From the human T2T-CHM13v2.0 reference genome, Homo sapiens, in NCBI RefSeq assembly GCF_009914755.1, contig NC_060931.1: a stretch of 64,000 nucleotides of DNA; one strand, written 5' to 3'. Each line of letters begins with the position of its first letter. Position 1 is the first letter of the stretch. Position numbers and translations under genes: made by a program. A model generated the notes under the pieces. The model was not told where the DNA came from. It did not search any database and saw only the letters and a program-made list of their open reading frames with translations. This document shows positions 17,590-33,255 of the stretch, piece by piece.

Positions 17590-18850
17590 GCCACTGTTCT
17601 CTCTCTTACCCCTAATGTGACTCTCTCCAAATCCAGTTTAAGTAAACAGTAACCTCTGAAGGGAAATTAACAAAGAGCCCATGAGTTAGTTAAGGAGCAG
17701 TTAAAAACCGGATGATAAACATGGAAAAGCAGCAGTCTGGTGGAGACCACATAACTCAATCACTCGATCTGGGTTTACTAGCACTCAGAGAGCTGAGATC
17801 GGGGCTCTGATACTGGCCTTGGAAACTTTTTCCACTCAGCCCATAAATATCGTGAGTGACTCAGCTTACTCTGTTTATTTATTGCAGAACCTTGAAACAG
17901 CCTTAATTAGGTACATTCTTGAGCCCACCCTGTGTGCTCTTTTTCTTCGACTTCAGCAATTGCTAGATCAACATACACAACCTATTTTTATCACACACAT
18001 TCCAGCCCATGGCTCTCTGCCTGGCCCATTGGCTTATGGTAATAATCAAGCAGACCTTCAGGTTATGACATCACTGCTTGACCAAGCCACCCAATCACAT
18101 CAATTTTTCCACCAAAATTGGAGAAACTTATCTAAACAATTTCAACTTACCCAGAAACTGGCTAAACAAATTATCCTACAATGCCCAGATTGCCAGCTCA
18201 CAGGCAATCTCCACACGTGTTAACCCTAGAGAATTAGAACCTAATCAGTTATGGCAAACAGACGTTCCACACAACCCTGAATTTGGAAAACTTAGATATG
18301 TACGTATATCCATTGATACCAATTCTCACTTAATTAGTGCCCATGCTTTGCCTAGAGAATCAACCCGGTATGTCATTAAACATCTTTTAACTTTTGCGTT
18401 TATGGGGTGGCCCAAAAAATTAAAACTGATAATGGTCCAGCTTATGCCAGCTCACAATTTCAACAATTTGTCACTCATGGCACATCGAACATTCCACAGG
18501 CATCCCATATAACTCCCAAGAACATGCCATAGTAAAATGTGCCCACTCCACCCTTAAAAATATGCTCAGAAAACAGAAAAGGGAGAGTATGGGTAAAGAC
18601 CCTGCAACACTATTGGCACAAGCCTTATTTACCCTTAAGTTTTTAAATTTAGATGACAAATTTCAATCAGCTGTAGAAAAGCACTTTTCTAAAACCTCTC
18701 AAGGTATAAAACCTGCAGTTTCATGGAAAGATGTGAACAGTAATGTACGGTGTGGTCCAAGTGAATTACTAATGCGGGGAAGAGGACATGCTTGTGTTCA
18801 CACCCCCTTAGGTCCTCTTTGTGTTCCAGCATGGCGCATCAAACCACACC
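17590..18850 (+). pseudogene. HML-5 pol remnant: RT N-terminus, RNase H and integrase; RT core deleted
   Basis: Degraded ...HELVKEQLKTG joins directly to GKAA..STQRAE..INIVSDSAY (RNase H), then HQFFH...CPDC zinc finger, WQTD and DNGPAY (IN), with frameshifts. Confidence 0.85.
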
Positions 18851-20877
18851 ATGGCGTGCCTAGGACCCAACCTGGTACCAGAGATGAAGGAACTGACCCT
18901 ACAGGACCCGCAGCCCTGAACAATGCGGCTTCCACAGACGACACAAGCCTCAAATGTCACCTGATGCTGAAGAGGATAACTCAGAAGGCTGAAACGAATT
19001 CTACTCCAGACACAGACACCATTTACTCCAAATAATTTGTTCCTAGCTATGCTTTCTGTTGTACATTGCAACTCACATAGGGTATTGATCCTTTATATGC
19101 TCTCACTTTGTCTGCAACCTGTACCTGCTACACTCTATTGGGCTCATATCTTAGATCCGCCTTTCTTTCGCCCTGTCACCTGGGCAGACACCCGCTTCCC
19201 AGCCTATAATAACGTGACTGCTTGGCTAGGAGGGATAGATTTACCCCCAGTGGGGTCCCTCAATAATGGCACACATTGGACTAAGGTGCCAGATAGCCTA
19301 TAATAACGTGACTGCTTGGCTAGGAGGGATAGATTTACCCCCAGTGGGGTCCCTCAATAATGGCACATATTGGACTAAGGTGCCAGATAACACTACATAT
19401 AACTCCACTATTCTCCCACTGTATGTAAATTATAAAGGTTTTAACCCTTACTGTGTATCTCTGCCCAAGCACAATTATGGCTAAATCATGGCAAAGAAAA
19501 TGCCTTAACAGCTTTAGCTGCAGGTGGCCTCAAACCAGGTAATACAATCAATGCCGCTTTCCCAAACATTCCTTCCTGTGCTAAAGGACAAAGCTGGGAA
19601 AGTAACGGATTTCACTTTAGCTGGGAGGTCTGTCACAGGGGACAAGCCCGTGGCCTCCAGTGAGGCAACTATAACATCTTAGACTGGAGCCCCCACGGCC
19701 ATTTGCAGGGCAGCCTTACTAATGTCCTCACCTGTCATGACTCAATCAGCATTTCATTGCCACGTCCCATTCCCCTATGATTTGGGCCGATGGGGGGATG
19801 GGATATCTCAGACCCCAAGTAAAGTCCATGCCACCCCCAAGACACTTTATGACACCTGGGACATCTTGGCACCTCCCTTAACACCTGGCATGCGACATAT
19901 CATAATTCCAGTAATGACTATACTATAACCTTTATTCACAATCACACTCATCAGTGCCTAATTTGCACTATCCATCCATATGTTTTCCTTAAGGGAACCA
20001 ATATTTCTATTTCACCCCAATACTCCACGTTTGTGACCCGGGTGCAAGAACAGGCTTGGTTCAACTCATGTATCACTAATTACAATATATTACAATATAT
20101 CTGTTCGAAATATTACTAGTGCCATGGTATTAAGGAGACAATCTGAGGCATTCCTACCAGTCAATTTGACACGTGATTGGCAAGATTCCTCTGCCCTTGC
20201 CACCTTAGAATGTGCCTGTCAGACACCAAAGATTCAGAGTTACGCTTATGGCCTTTATAGTCTCAGCCATAATCATCCCGGCAACTGCTTGCCTTGCTGT
20301 GGCATCTATTACTGAATCAGTACAAACAGCTGCTTTTGTAGGTAATCTGGCCAAAAATGTGTCTAATGAACCTCTCTTACGGCAAGGTATAGATAAAAAA
20401 ATTCTTGCACGTCTGCAAGCCCTCGAGGCTGCTTTGGAATATGTGGGGGAGCAACAAGATGCACTAACATTCTGATAGCAATTAAACTGAAACTAGTAGC
20501 ATAAACATAATCTGTGTCACTTCTCTACCATGGAATCAATCAATCCACAGTTGGGATGAGGTGAAACAACACCTCTGGGGAACCTTTCATGACAATTTAA
20601 CAGCAGATGTAAAGCAACTTAAAACTAAAATTTTAGAATCTGTTCACACTATAGATCTACATAGCCAACAAACAGCCATATGGAAGGGTATGCAAGATCA
20701 TCTCCTGGTTAGACCCCCGCTCCTGGGGGTCACTCTTTGACTGGAAAAGAATGTTACTAATTATACTCATGATTGTCTTATCTAGGATGCAAAGCCAGAA
20801 TAAGAGCAACGATCGCCACACCTGACAAATCTGTTCCTGCATATATCTGCGCTCTCCAATCAATAAGGCTTGATACA
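18850..20877 (+). pseudogene. HML-5 env remnant
   Basis: Signal/SU-like YWAHILDPPFFRPVTW; TM-like hydrophobic fusion peptide and heptad (IDKKILARLQALEAALEYVGE) in ORF 20212-20475; many stops and frameshifts. Confidence 0.8.
19201..19388 (+). repeat. 94-bp direct tandem duplication in env
   Basis: 19201-19294 and 19295-19388 are identical except one base (ACACATT vs ACATATT). Confidence 0.95.
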
Positions 20878-20890
20878 GAAAAGGGGGAGA
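20878..20890 (+). promoter_or_regulatory. Polypurine tract
   Basis: GAAAAGGGGGAGA directly before the 3' LTR. Confidence 0.85.
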
Positions 20891-21381
20891 TGTAGGGTTT
20901 CAGTCAGGATGGTGGGAAAAATTGTCAAATAAACCTTCTTGGAAGGCCAGAAGGTTTTTGCAAAAGCCTCAGGATAAAGTTATGGCTGAAGGCACCCTAA
21001 TCCTCTTTGAGCTATAGCAAGGTAATTAACATAGGAATGTAAAGGGGTCTATCTAAAAAGCTTGTTTACTCATGTGGTCCTAAGACTAACCTTTGACCAT
21101 CCACGGATGCATGATTGCTCTCTACTTGGTGGGAGGAGGGGGGAGGGTCGGCAACGGTGATTACCTTCCCGTGATGTTTACTTGAAACTTTTGTCATTTA
21201 ACGTGTGCTGAATAAATGCCCGGAAGGCCAGCGAGTACAGCCCCAGTTGCAACTGTTTATGGCACTCTCCTGGGAGTCTGTAAGCTGCCTGGACCCTCAG
21301 CAGACTGAAAAGCATAATATCTGTGTCAGTGTACATTATTTATCTGTCGTTGGGTCAGGGTCTGCGGGAGGGACCCCTGCA
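20891..21381 (+). mobile_element. 3' LTR (LTR22-type), 491 bp
   Basis: TGTAGGGTTTCAGTCAGGATGGTGGGAAAA...GGACCCCTGCA followed by the TSD GAGTTC. Confidence 0.88.
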
Positions 21382-21843
21382 GAGTTCTAAGCATCCTTTG
21401 TGTATTTTAGATATTAACCTCTTATCAGATAAATGGTTTGCAAATATTTCAGCCTGTTCTATTGGTTGCCTTTTCACTCTATTGAATATTTCCTTTGCTG
21501 TGCAAACGTTTACAAGTTTGATGTAGTCCCATTTGTCTATTTTTGCTTTTGTTACCTGTGCTTTTGGTGTCATATCTAAGAAATCACTGCCAAATCCAAT
21601 GTCATGACACTTCCCCCTATGTTTTCTTCTAAAAGTTGTATAGTTTCAAGTCTTACCTTTAGGTCTTTAATCCATTTTGAGTTAATATTTGTATATGGTG
21701 CAAGGTAAGGGAATAATTTCATTCCTTTGCATGTGGGAGGAATCTGCATTTTTTCAAGGCAGCATCCCAAGTGACATATACACACCAAAGTTTGAGAACC
21801 ACTATTTACATCATCCCTGAAAGTCAAATTAATAAACCTTATT

Positions 21844-22269
<426 letters not shown>

Positions 22270-23900
22270 TTACTAATGATGAAAATTATGGTCTTATAAC
22301 AATAGTTTCTCTGCTGCAATCATCTAGTGAGCTCCTATTATGAACCAGGCATTATGTTAGGTGTTTTACATATATGATGTCTACTTTTCCCCAAAAAAAT
22401 GTTCAACATAGTTGCTATCATTTCCTAAAGACAGGGAAACTGAAGTATAGAGAAGTTAAGAGACAAGGAATAGACGGCAGAGTAGGGCTTCAAGTCTGAT
22501 TTTAAAGTTGATGTTTTTTCCAAATAACAATGCTTATTTGCAAGTAACCATTAATACCAATTAAAGAAAGGCCTATTTTTTAGAAAAATTGGTAAAATAA
22601 AGCTTAAAAGGAAGTAGAATGACCAATGAGTTTTCTGTTTCACTAAGAATATTAAAAAACAACTTACTATCTACTATCACTAATTCATGAGGGAAAGAAT
22701 ATTGAAATACCAAAAAAAAAAAAAAGGATAAAAATCAGAATTAGAGCTGTTTTTCAGTAGCATTAACACTGCTTTATGAAAAAGTCACTACCATGTCCTT
22801 TTTTTAATTGTAGAGGGGACTGATGAAACCTTGGCATGATTGCCACCAATCTGCAGGTCACTGTTTGGAAACCATTACTTATGTTATTTTTCTGTACAAA
22901 TACACACGTTAGCTCAAACCTTCTAAAAGGCGCCTGCATACCACATGTATTCCTCAACTTTAAAGTCTCCATAAAAACTGTCCATGGAAAAAATTCTTAT
23001 TTCTTAGTATTCCAGGTCACTGTGTTCTCTGGGGAGCTTGATGGTTTTAAGCAAGCAGAGAACAGTTAATCAACTTCTTGCCTCGCATACCAGACTCCCC
23101 ATACTCTGCTACAAATTACAATTTTATTACAGTTTAGGTCAATAAAATCATAAATTGTCCCTAATGAAGTCCTCTTTCTCACTGCATAAGAAATATTGAC
23201 AAATACAAAGTGAGTACTTCAATTCACTGCTCATCTTGGAACTGCCTGCTTTGTCTACCTATTTTTTCAATGTTCCAGGATCAGCTCTAGGAATTCTACT
23301 GTTTCCTTACATCCCCTACCAAACTCCCTCTTTACAAAACCACTCCCATTCTTGGTACTCTGTGCCCCTAGGTGGTCTGCATTCACTGCAATACCCCATC
23401 ACGATCTGTAGAAAACAGTATACTCCAAGAAGACACTTTCTCCCCGTGATCAATAACACCTTATGAGTAAATATTGCTTCCAGCTATTAAAAAGGCCTTT
23501 AGACCTACTGATTTTATTTTGTCATCACAAGATAGGCATGATAAGTAGCATAATGCTAACTTTATAGTTAAGGAAACTAAGCTACCAAGGGGGTGGGCCC
23601 ACAGCTGCTTGGTGGCAGGCCAGGCTCAGGTCTTGGGTCTTTCACTCCCATTCTGTACTCCCTCCAACAGGTCATCCTGTCAACCCATGACTTTACACGA
23701 TCTCCAGATGTACCCATTTTGCAGCTGAGATATGTTCTCTGGCAATTGTAAAAGATCTCAAACAGACCAAAACCATTTTTAAAATACTACGCTAGAAAAA
23801 GATAAATTATACTGCAAAAGTTGCGCTATCTTCTAGCCAATGTCTTCTCTTTGGATAATCAATATTCTAAGAATAACTTTTCTATGAATTGTCACTGTAA

Positions 23901-24297
<397 letters not shown>

Positions 24298-25568
24298 AGA
24301 AAAGATATTTTTTAAGTGAAAAAGATACTTAAAAAAAAAAAAAAGACTTCCTCATCCTCAAAAGCATTTCAGAATATGGCACAATCGTTTTCTTTACAAA
24401 ACCAAAATATTTCCCCTGCTTTAGAAATAATTATGATGTGATTTTTTTCTTTCTTTCTCAACCTCTCTGTAGCATTACATGGGAGGAAAATAAAATTCCA
24501 CAAAAATAGAAAAGAAGCATAATTGTTTAAGATACCCAAGCTTGCCAAAACAGGAACACTGTAACCAAAGCAACTGCTGGCATAGCTAATGGAACAGAGA
24601 TGTAGCAAGACTGCTATAAAGATTGTTTCATGAAATAGCAAGCAATATTTTAGTTTACAAAGCCATAGGCTAATATGAGATAACCTTTGTGAGCATAAAT
24701 ACAGCATTAAATCAAGTGTGACAGGATTTTTAAAACTTTATATAATTGAAATTAGAAATAAAAAGTGACAGAATTTGATGAGAAATAAAATGCAAAAAAT
24801 GACATAAATATGCAAGTCCAGGGGCCCACAGTGGATAATACCATTAACATTGAAACTCTGAAAGGAAATCCTTGTATCATGAGGACTAACAATCACATTT
24901 TACTTTTTCCTCTAATAAAATATTCTTTAGAAGTTAAATTCTTTTTTAAGTGTTTCGTCTATAAAAGAAGGGCAACAAATTGAGGGAAGGAAAAGGACAA
25001 ATACAGAATACAAATTTAGCTCATGTTGCTCTGCTGTTATAGTCATGAAATTCTGCAAAGTGACTCAGTTCACAAAACTCTGACTTATGATAAAGACTTA
25101 GTTGAGTCCAACTGATTTTAACTGGAAAACCACACAGAGATTTAAAAATTTTACTTCCAAAATAATTTATTAGCATGGATGTTTCAAAACTAAAATATTT
25201 CTTCAAAGTTTAATAAGTGCACCATTTCACACTCAAAATGAAAAATAAGAAACCCCAGAATCACATTAAAAAGACGGGGAAAGGGTGGGGTGGAAAGAAA
25301 AGTGGGGAGAAAGAGAGGGAGAATGAAGATAGGGAGGGAGAAGTAAAGGGTGGTGGGAAGTAGAAAGAAAGAAAGAAATGATCAACACATTCCCAACTCA
25401 CTGTGTTTTCCCAAAGACAGAGGTTATAGTCAGAAAGATGCAAAGTCAACTCAAGCAAAAATTCAAAGTAGCTATCTTTCACTGTATAGACAATCCTAAC
25501 TACTAAAAAGCGATACAGCTTTTTTAAATAGTGTGTAAAGGGTACAAATCAAATCGTCTTTACCATGA

Positions 25569-25887
<319 letters not shown>

Positions 25888-27029
25888 ACAAAGCAGATAA
25901 TTCTTTAAACCACTCCCCCTGGGTAGAATATGTATTTAATAAAATTAGGCCGATTTTCAGGTAAACTTAAGACAATAAAAAGAACAGTACCTTAATCATG
26001 TACAATCATTGAGAAATTATAAAATCCTAATATTTATGAAGAACACTTAATAAATCCATAACACCATACATGTGACAACTATATAACAGGACAAAATATT
26101 TAAGGCAGCTTATAATATCTGTGTGCATATGCTCCATTATGTTACACACACGTAACACTTTTTCTGGAGATAACACATGTCTAGAAGACTGAAAACTTAA
26201 TGGAGCTCCATGGGAGATTACAAGAATTAAAGGAAAAGAGAATCACATTAAATACCATAATTTAAAAGCAAGAATTATATTAGCTACCTTAGTTGTGATT
26301 CAGAGCTTAGCAGTAGCTTTGCTGATTCAGTAACATGCAACCCATTAATGCTTGATGTGTACTTCTCAGCTAACCTAATATAATTATTTCAGTACCTGTT
26401 AACAATCAACAGTCAACAGTACATAATACAAATAAAATTAAGATACTAAAAAGGAAATTTAATAGTACAATATGATCTCATACACCAGAAATCAACTTTA
26501 TTCTAGCCTTTATTTTGAAGAGAGGCAGAAAAAGAAAAAGATTATATAGAAAGGCCAGGGGGGTGAGGAGTGGGGGGTGGGAAATGAGAGAAAAATGACA
26601 AGAGGTAGAATGAAGATGAACATGGATTAGAAGAGGAAAGTTCTACAGAAAGTGATACACCGAGTGCCTAAAAAAATGAGGAAGAGAGTATAAAAATGAT
26701 CAATATGGAGAAGAAGAGCTATTTTAATTTCTCAATTTTTAACAAAATATCTGAAGAAGACATTCTAACAAGTCATAGTTTGGCATTAAAGTTTTTAAAT
26801 AATGTCAATACACAGAATAACATATTCCAAGTCATATTAGATAATAGTAATTAATATTAAAAGGAAACTATTGAAAATGTTTATTCAACAATAAAATGAA
26901 TTTTATAGGAAAATGGAATAATGACAAATTAATGTGGCAAGCCATAAAAACATAGCTTATTTTTAAATATAATAAAATGTAAAGTCATTCTGTGCTTTAC
27001 CAAAGATATTTATGGCAAGCATTATGTAT

Positions 27030-27505
27030 TAGCTATTGCCCAAAACTACTTTCTTCTTTTTTCTTGATAAAAACCTAATTTTCTCAGGCAATGGCTGATA
27101 AGTAGCCTGAGCCGATGTTGACAATTCTGTTCCTCTTTGCCAGACACTTGTTTTCACAGTCTTCTTGATAGCTAGGCTGGGCATGTGACTCAAATCTGGC
27201 CAGTGAGACATAAGGACATGTTGGCTTAGGCAATTTGGGGAAGGATATTATAACAACACCTTTTGACTCACAACTGGCTCTGCCCCACCTCTGTACCTTG
27301 AACACAGACATAATGGCTACCGGCATGACAGCTATCTTGTGACCATGATGGGACAAGCAAAAGCACACTAAGGATGATGGAATGGAAAAAAGAAAGGCCT
27401 GAATCCTTGTTGAATAGTTGAAACAATGTTAGCACCACCTACACCCAGTCAAATCTGTTGGTGTAAGCCACTATTAATCTAGCTTGCTGTTAACAGTTCA
27501 TACAG
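27030..27505. mobile_element. Old MaLR (MLT1-type) LTR
   Basis: GGCATGTGACTCAAATCTGGCCAGTGAGA...CAGCTATCTTGTGACCATGA...TAAGCCACT motifs. Confidence 0.55.
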
Positions 27506-28339
27506 CCTCATCCAGCACCATCATTGATTGAAAGACAATATATAAAAAAATACATGGGCCCATAACAATAATTTTTAACAGATGAAAAACAAAAGAATAA
27601 AATCACATCTCATCTGCTACCTTTGGTGGTGACTACTGTATCAACTCATTACTCTATAAAGTGGTAATGACAGTGAAATTTCTAAGTATTTATATATCAT
27701 TTTCAAAAGAAACTGCAGTTCAGGGTAACCAAATATGCACAGTTGATGAGTTAAAGTTCTTTACAAAATAATCGCAGCTAGTAAACACAAGGAATAACAA
27801 AAATAGAAAATCACACTTTCATAATCCCTAAGTAATTTAAGAAAAAGATTTAGGCAGAAATCGTTGATATTAAAACCATTATGGGAAAGACTGACAGGAA
27901 ATTAAATAACCTCAAAACGCAAAGGTATCCACAAATTACAATGAAGGATTAAATGAAAGAAAAAAAAAGGTCTTTTTCAACAAAAGGTGCTCAAAAAACT
28001 GACTTTCTCTATGGAAAAAAAATAATTTTGCACTGTACATAAAAATTAAAATGTAAAATTCTAAAACCTCTAAAAGAAAACATGAGACAAAAACTTTGTA
28101 ACCTTAGGTAGGCAAAAATTTCTTTCATAATATACAAAAGAAAACATGGATAAACTAGACTTTATCAAAACAAAAAATTTTGCTTTTCAAAAAGACAATA
28201 TCAAGGGAGGAAAAGACAGCATTATTCATAATAAACAAAAGCAGTCTACCAACTTATCAAGACACAAGCAAAATGTATATATCCATAGAACTGAATATTA
28301 TTCATCAATGAAAAACAATGGACTATTTATACATACAAT

Positions 28340-28677
28340 CAGGAGTTCCCAACGCCCCTGGGCTGCTGACCAGTAAGAGTCGGTGGCTGTTAGGAACTGG
28401 GCCACACAGCAGGAGGTGAGCGGCAGGGCAGTGAGCATTATAACCTGAGCTCTGCCTCCTGTCAGATCAGCAGCAGCGTTCGATTCTCATAGGAGTGCGA
28501 ACCCTATTGCTAACTGCACACGCGAGGGACATAGGTTGTGTGCTCCTTATGAGAATCTAATGCTGATGATCTGAGGCGAACAGTTCATCCCAAAACCACC
28601 ACCTCTGCCCCCACATGTGTGGAAAAACTGTCTTCCATGAAACCAGTCCCTGGTGTCAAAAAGGCTGGGGATCACTG
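28340..28677 (+). mobile_element. MER1B (hAT-Charlie non-autonomous DNA transposon)
   Basis: 338 bp, CAG...CTG imperfect terminal inverted repeats, 8-bp TSD CATACAAT / CATACAAC. Confidence 0.85.
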
Positions 28678-28954
28678 CATACAACAAAATGGATCATTCT
28701 AAATAAAAGATTGTGCTAAGTGAAGAAGCTAGATACACAAGATTACCTGTCATATGACTGTATTTATATAAAATTTTCAGAAAAAAACTAAGAAGACAGA
28801 AATTATAATCTATCAAAATTAGTAATTGCCTGGGTTTGGGGGTAGGAGGAGGAACTGACTACAAACAAGCATGAAGGAACTTTTGTATGATGATGGCAAT
28901 ATTCCAAAACTGGTTATGAGATGGTTGCACATCTGTATAAATTTACTAAAACTT

Positions 28955-29275
<321 letters not shown>

Positions 29276-29342
29276 TCATCAAACTATACATTAAAAGTGC
29301 ATGATAACAGAAAAAAAGGAAAGACACAGAAGAAAATATTTA

Positions 29343-29719
29343 TGATATGGTTTGGCAGTGACCCCACCCAAATCTCATCTTGAATTGTAATCCTCATACT
29401 CCCCATGTGTAGAGGGAGGAACCTGGTGGGAGGTGATTGGATCATGGGGGTGGTTTTCCCACTTGCTGTTCTCATGATAGTGAGTGAGTTTTCACCAGAC
29501 TTGATGGTTTTATAATGGGCTCTTTCCCCTTAGCTCCACACACACTCCTCTCTCTTGCCTGCCACCATGTAAGACATGCCTCATCCCCTTCTGCCATGAT
29601 TATACGTTTCCTGAGGCCTCCCCAGTTCTGCGGAAATATGAGTCAATTAAACCTCTTTTCTTTATAAATTACCCAGTCGTGGGTACGTCTTTATAGCAGT
29701 GTGAAAACCGACTAATTCA
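29343..29719 (+). mobile_element. THE1 (C/D-like) solo LTR
   Basis: TGATATGGTTTGG...ACTAATTCA; 5-bp TSD ATTTA. Confidence 0.88.
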
Positions 29720-31039
29720 ATTTACAATGCAAAATTTGATAGAAGACTTACATCCAGAATGTAATAAAAATTCTTACAACTCAGTAATGAGAAGACAACA
29801 AACCCTTCAAAAATTGAACAAAAACCTTCACTATTAAGCAGTTAAAAAGTTTGTCACATCAGTAGTTATTAAGAAAATGCACATAAAAAGTACGAGAACC
29901 TCCTACACACCCACTAAAATGGCTAAAATTAAAAAGACTGCTAACATCAAATGTTGGCAACAATCTGGAGGAACCAGAACCCTCAACTACGGATGTGGAA
30001 ATGTAAACTAATAGAACCACTTCAGAAAACTGGTATTCTCTTTAAAAAGTAAACATAATAGTCTTTGCAAAAATCTAACCTTTTTTTTTTGCCTTAGGTA
30101 TTAACCTAACAAATGAAAATATAAGCTGAAACTAAGACTTGTACTTGAGTGTTAATGCAGCTTTATTTACAATAGTCTTAAAGTAGAAATAACCTAAATG
30201 CTCATCAATAGGTGAACGTATAAAGATACTTCCATAAGTAATGACATAATAAAAGAGGAACAAATTATCAATGCACATAACATGCATGAATCTCAAAATA
30301 ATTATGTTGAATGTATAAAGCCAGATAAGAGGAAGAGCACACTGTATAACTCTAATTATGTAAAACCATGGAAATGCAAATTAATCTATAAAGACAAAAA
30401 GTTGCTGCCTGTAATTTTTCTGAATTACAAAATAAAATTCTAGTATTTACTACTATAATAACACTCCAGCACAAGAGTGTTTAAATTAAGTAAAATCATA
30501 TAGATTTATACAAGTACAAACACAATTTTGAGAAATTTTTGAGAAGCAGAAAGCAATTACACATAGACTAGAGTGACTACCAAATTTTAATCAAAGAGCA
30601 GTAACAGAATTCTATATGAAATACAATAAATTTAGTCCGTTATTGAAAAATTATTCACATGAATAACTGAAATGAAATGCATTCAGTGAACTGGAAAACT
30701 ATGGGAAGTAATAACACCAAAATACCCTAAGTCTAAAAGCAGACAGTTAATTAGATGTAAGTCCACACTGCAAGATGGCAATAAAATAAAATAATAAAGT
30801 AGCCAATGTTATTGTGGATTGTTCACAACAAGAGAATTTGTCAAAGAATATGAAAATAACATGACTGCATATAGAAACTAGAATAAAAGTCATACTTTAC
30901 ATTTGGTGTAAAACAAAAGCATACAGAAATGCCGTATGGTAATTGACACATCGTAAAAGAGGAAAGGGTAGACAGAGAGAAAAAGAGTAGGAGAAAAGAA
31001 AAGATGAAAGTATCTGCCAAGAAAATCAATTATTTAAAG

Positions 31040-31212
31040 CAGGGATCAGCATATTTTTTCTTTAAAGTGCAATACAGCAAATAGTTTAGGCTTTGCACAC
31101 TACGTATGCTGTTTGTTTTTGCTTTTTTCCAACCATTTAAAAATATAAAAATAATTCTTAGCACTGCGGCAACATAAAAAAACAGGCCACGGGCTGTAGT
31201 TTACCAACCCAT
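31040..31212. mobile_element. MER58-like DNA transposon
   Basis: CAGGGATCAGCA...TTTAGGCTTTGC...GTAGTTTACCAACCCATG termini. Confidence 0.6.
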
Positions 31213-33255
31213 GATTTTGGGTGTTATGTAAGAGTTCAAATTAATTTCCATTCAAATTTAAGGATAAAATAAAAAGGACATGTCACACAACTAACATTAA
31301 GCTTTAGAGAAAAAAAATTTAAATGATTAGTTTTAAAATATCCTTTTAAATTATAAAAGCTATGACGGTACATATTATGTAACTATTATTAATAATGATA
31401 TACAATGTTATCTCTAAAAAGAAATTGCCGAAGAGTAACTTTTAAAATTATTATTTATACATGTCATAAAGTTTATTTAATTGAATACCAATGTACTCCA
31501 CATCAGGTCTCCATTAAATCTAATGAAAGCTATAGTGATGGGAACAAACAGACAAATATATGGTGAAACAACAGCAAATTATCATTTGAAGGTCATAAAG
31601 GAAATACGCGAGCTCTTACTACATTCATTCTTTCAAGTTGTTTACTGTGTGCCAAGGAACAAGTTTTGAACAAGAGGGGAAAAATTACTGAAACTCTAGT
31701 TAGTGGTAAAAACAATACTGGGACCAAATATACAAAGGAGTTTACACAGGCCCAAATGATGGGCTCTGTTGTATAATCCATGAGACAAGTCAGAAAAACA
31801 GCTAAATATATAAAAGCTGTACCTTTTAAAGCTAGGCAAATGGTGTTTGTTGGGTCATAAGGGAAGGAAAACATCCCAAAACAATTGCTTGCTGCCTGCA
31901 GAACTACTATCGCAAACTACAAAAGGAATCACTGTGTTCAACTTTAAGAGGACCTTCTTTTTGAAGCTTAAGATAATGCTTAACTTCCATAGAGCTCACT
32001 GAACACAATGCATTTGAACTAGTATCCTTGCTGTACCAGAAATAATTCAGAATTTTTAACTGCAAAAGTGAAAAGAGCTCATAATATCAAAATTTCTTAC
32101 TGTATACTATATAGATATTTATCTACTGAACTTCAATTCTACATTATTTTCTTAGAGTAGCTAGGTCTAGGTCTAGGTTCTCTAGAGCTGGCTTCTCTAA
32201 GGTTGTCATGGTACTTTTGGCTGACAGTTGATAAGCACCAGGACCCTAGGCTTGACCAAGAAGGTCTTCTGCTTTAGGGAAAAGGCAAGTTCATGAATAC
32301 TTAGTTACTATCACTAGCAACAATTACCACAGGGTCGAGATTATAGCCAGGTACCAAGCTCTGAAAGAAGTGAACACAGAAATCCTCTTTCCTGATGACC
32401 TCTAAAGACAAGTAAACACATTATCTTCCTCCACCTTGAACCTCCAGAAAGTCTCATACTTGTTTACTGGGAAAGCTTCTAATTCACAAGGTAAAGTCAT
32501 CTTCCTAATTAAAATGTCATCATTTTACTGTGGGGGACTGGTATCTATGGTGACGCAGGAACTGATCCAGATCACAATTTCTACCACCTATTTTTGAAAG
32601 CTAGTTAAAGCCTGAGGTAATGGAGTCTGTTGTAATCCTGAAAAAATAAATAAACAAATAATGTCCTCTCCCTTTCTTTGTGTGACTTCTGTCAGTGAAA
32701 GATTGTATGGTGAGTAGAAAAGAGAGAAATGGGAACCAGGAAGAGCTGCAGGTGGATGGCATATCTAGTCGCATGCTGTGACAGACTGCCTATAGAGTTG
32801 AAAAATGTTTTTTCTAATATGATCATATTCTGTGCATCCCCAGAAGATGTGCTCTACATCACCAGTCCTTCCAAATTTTTCCAAAGAAAATGGTAGTGAT
32901 ATCACTATAAATCTTTCCGATACAGAAGTAATAAGACTTTTGTAAGGTCAGAAGTTTATTTATGTATTTTTCGTGTAGAAAGAAACAATAGCTCCTCCAT
33001 ATCTAAACAGTCATTTAGTTTATAAATCTGAAAATAGACATTTTGCAATATGATAGTATTTTATAATACTACAAAGCTATTTAAAACATACAAATAAATA
33101 CAAAACACTTAGGCAATTAACTAGGAAAAAATAGTGATGAAAGAGGTTATTTGCATTTACTAAAACAATTTTGGTTTGGAAAGGAATGCTAAAAAAAGAA
33201 ATTACACTAACTTTCTTCTAATAAATAGTTGCTTCAGATAACAAAGGAATAGCTA

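Larger units (their letters stand above)
16069..21381 (+). mobile_element. HERV-K(HML-5)/HERVK22 provirus, internally deleted, antisense to COG5
   Basis: Two homologous TG...CA LTRs, 6-bp TSD GAGTTC (16063-16068 and 21382-21387), tRNA-Met PBS, PPT, and betaretroviral gag/RNase H/IN/env remnants. Confidence 0.88.
15786..21735 (-). mobile_element. L1M fragment interrupted by the HML-5 provirus (pieces ~15786-16068 and ~21388-21735)
   Basis: Antisense L1 sequence resumes directly after the proviral TSD (TTGAGTTC|TAAGCATCCTTTGTGTATTTTAGATATT). Confidence 0.75.

Noticed and set aside
16622-20475. Functional or domesticated retroviral proteins
   Set aside because: gag, pol and env all have frameshifts, stops and large deletions; the longest pieces are about 130-160 aa.
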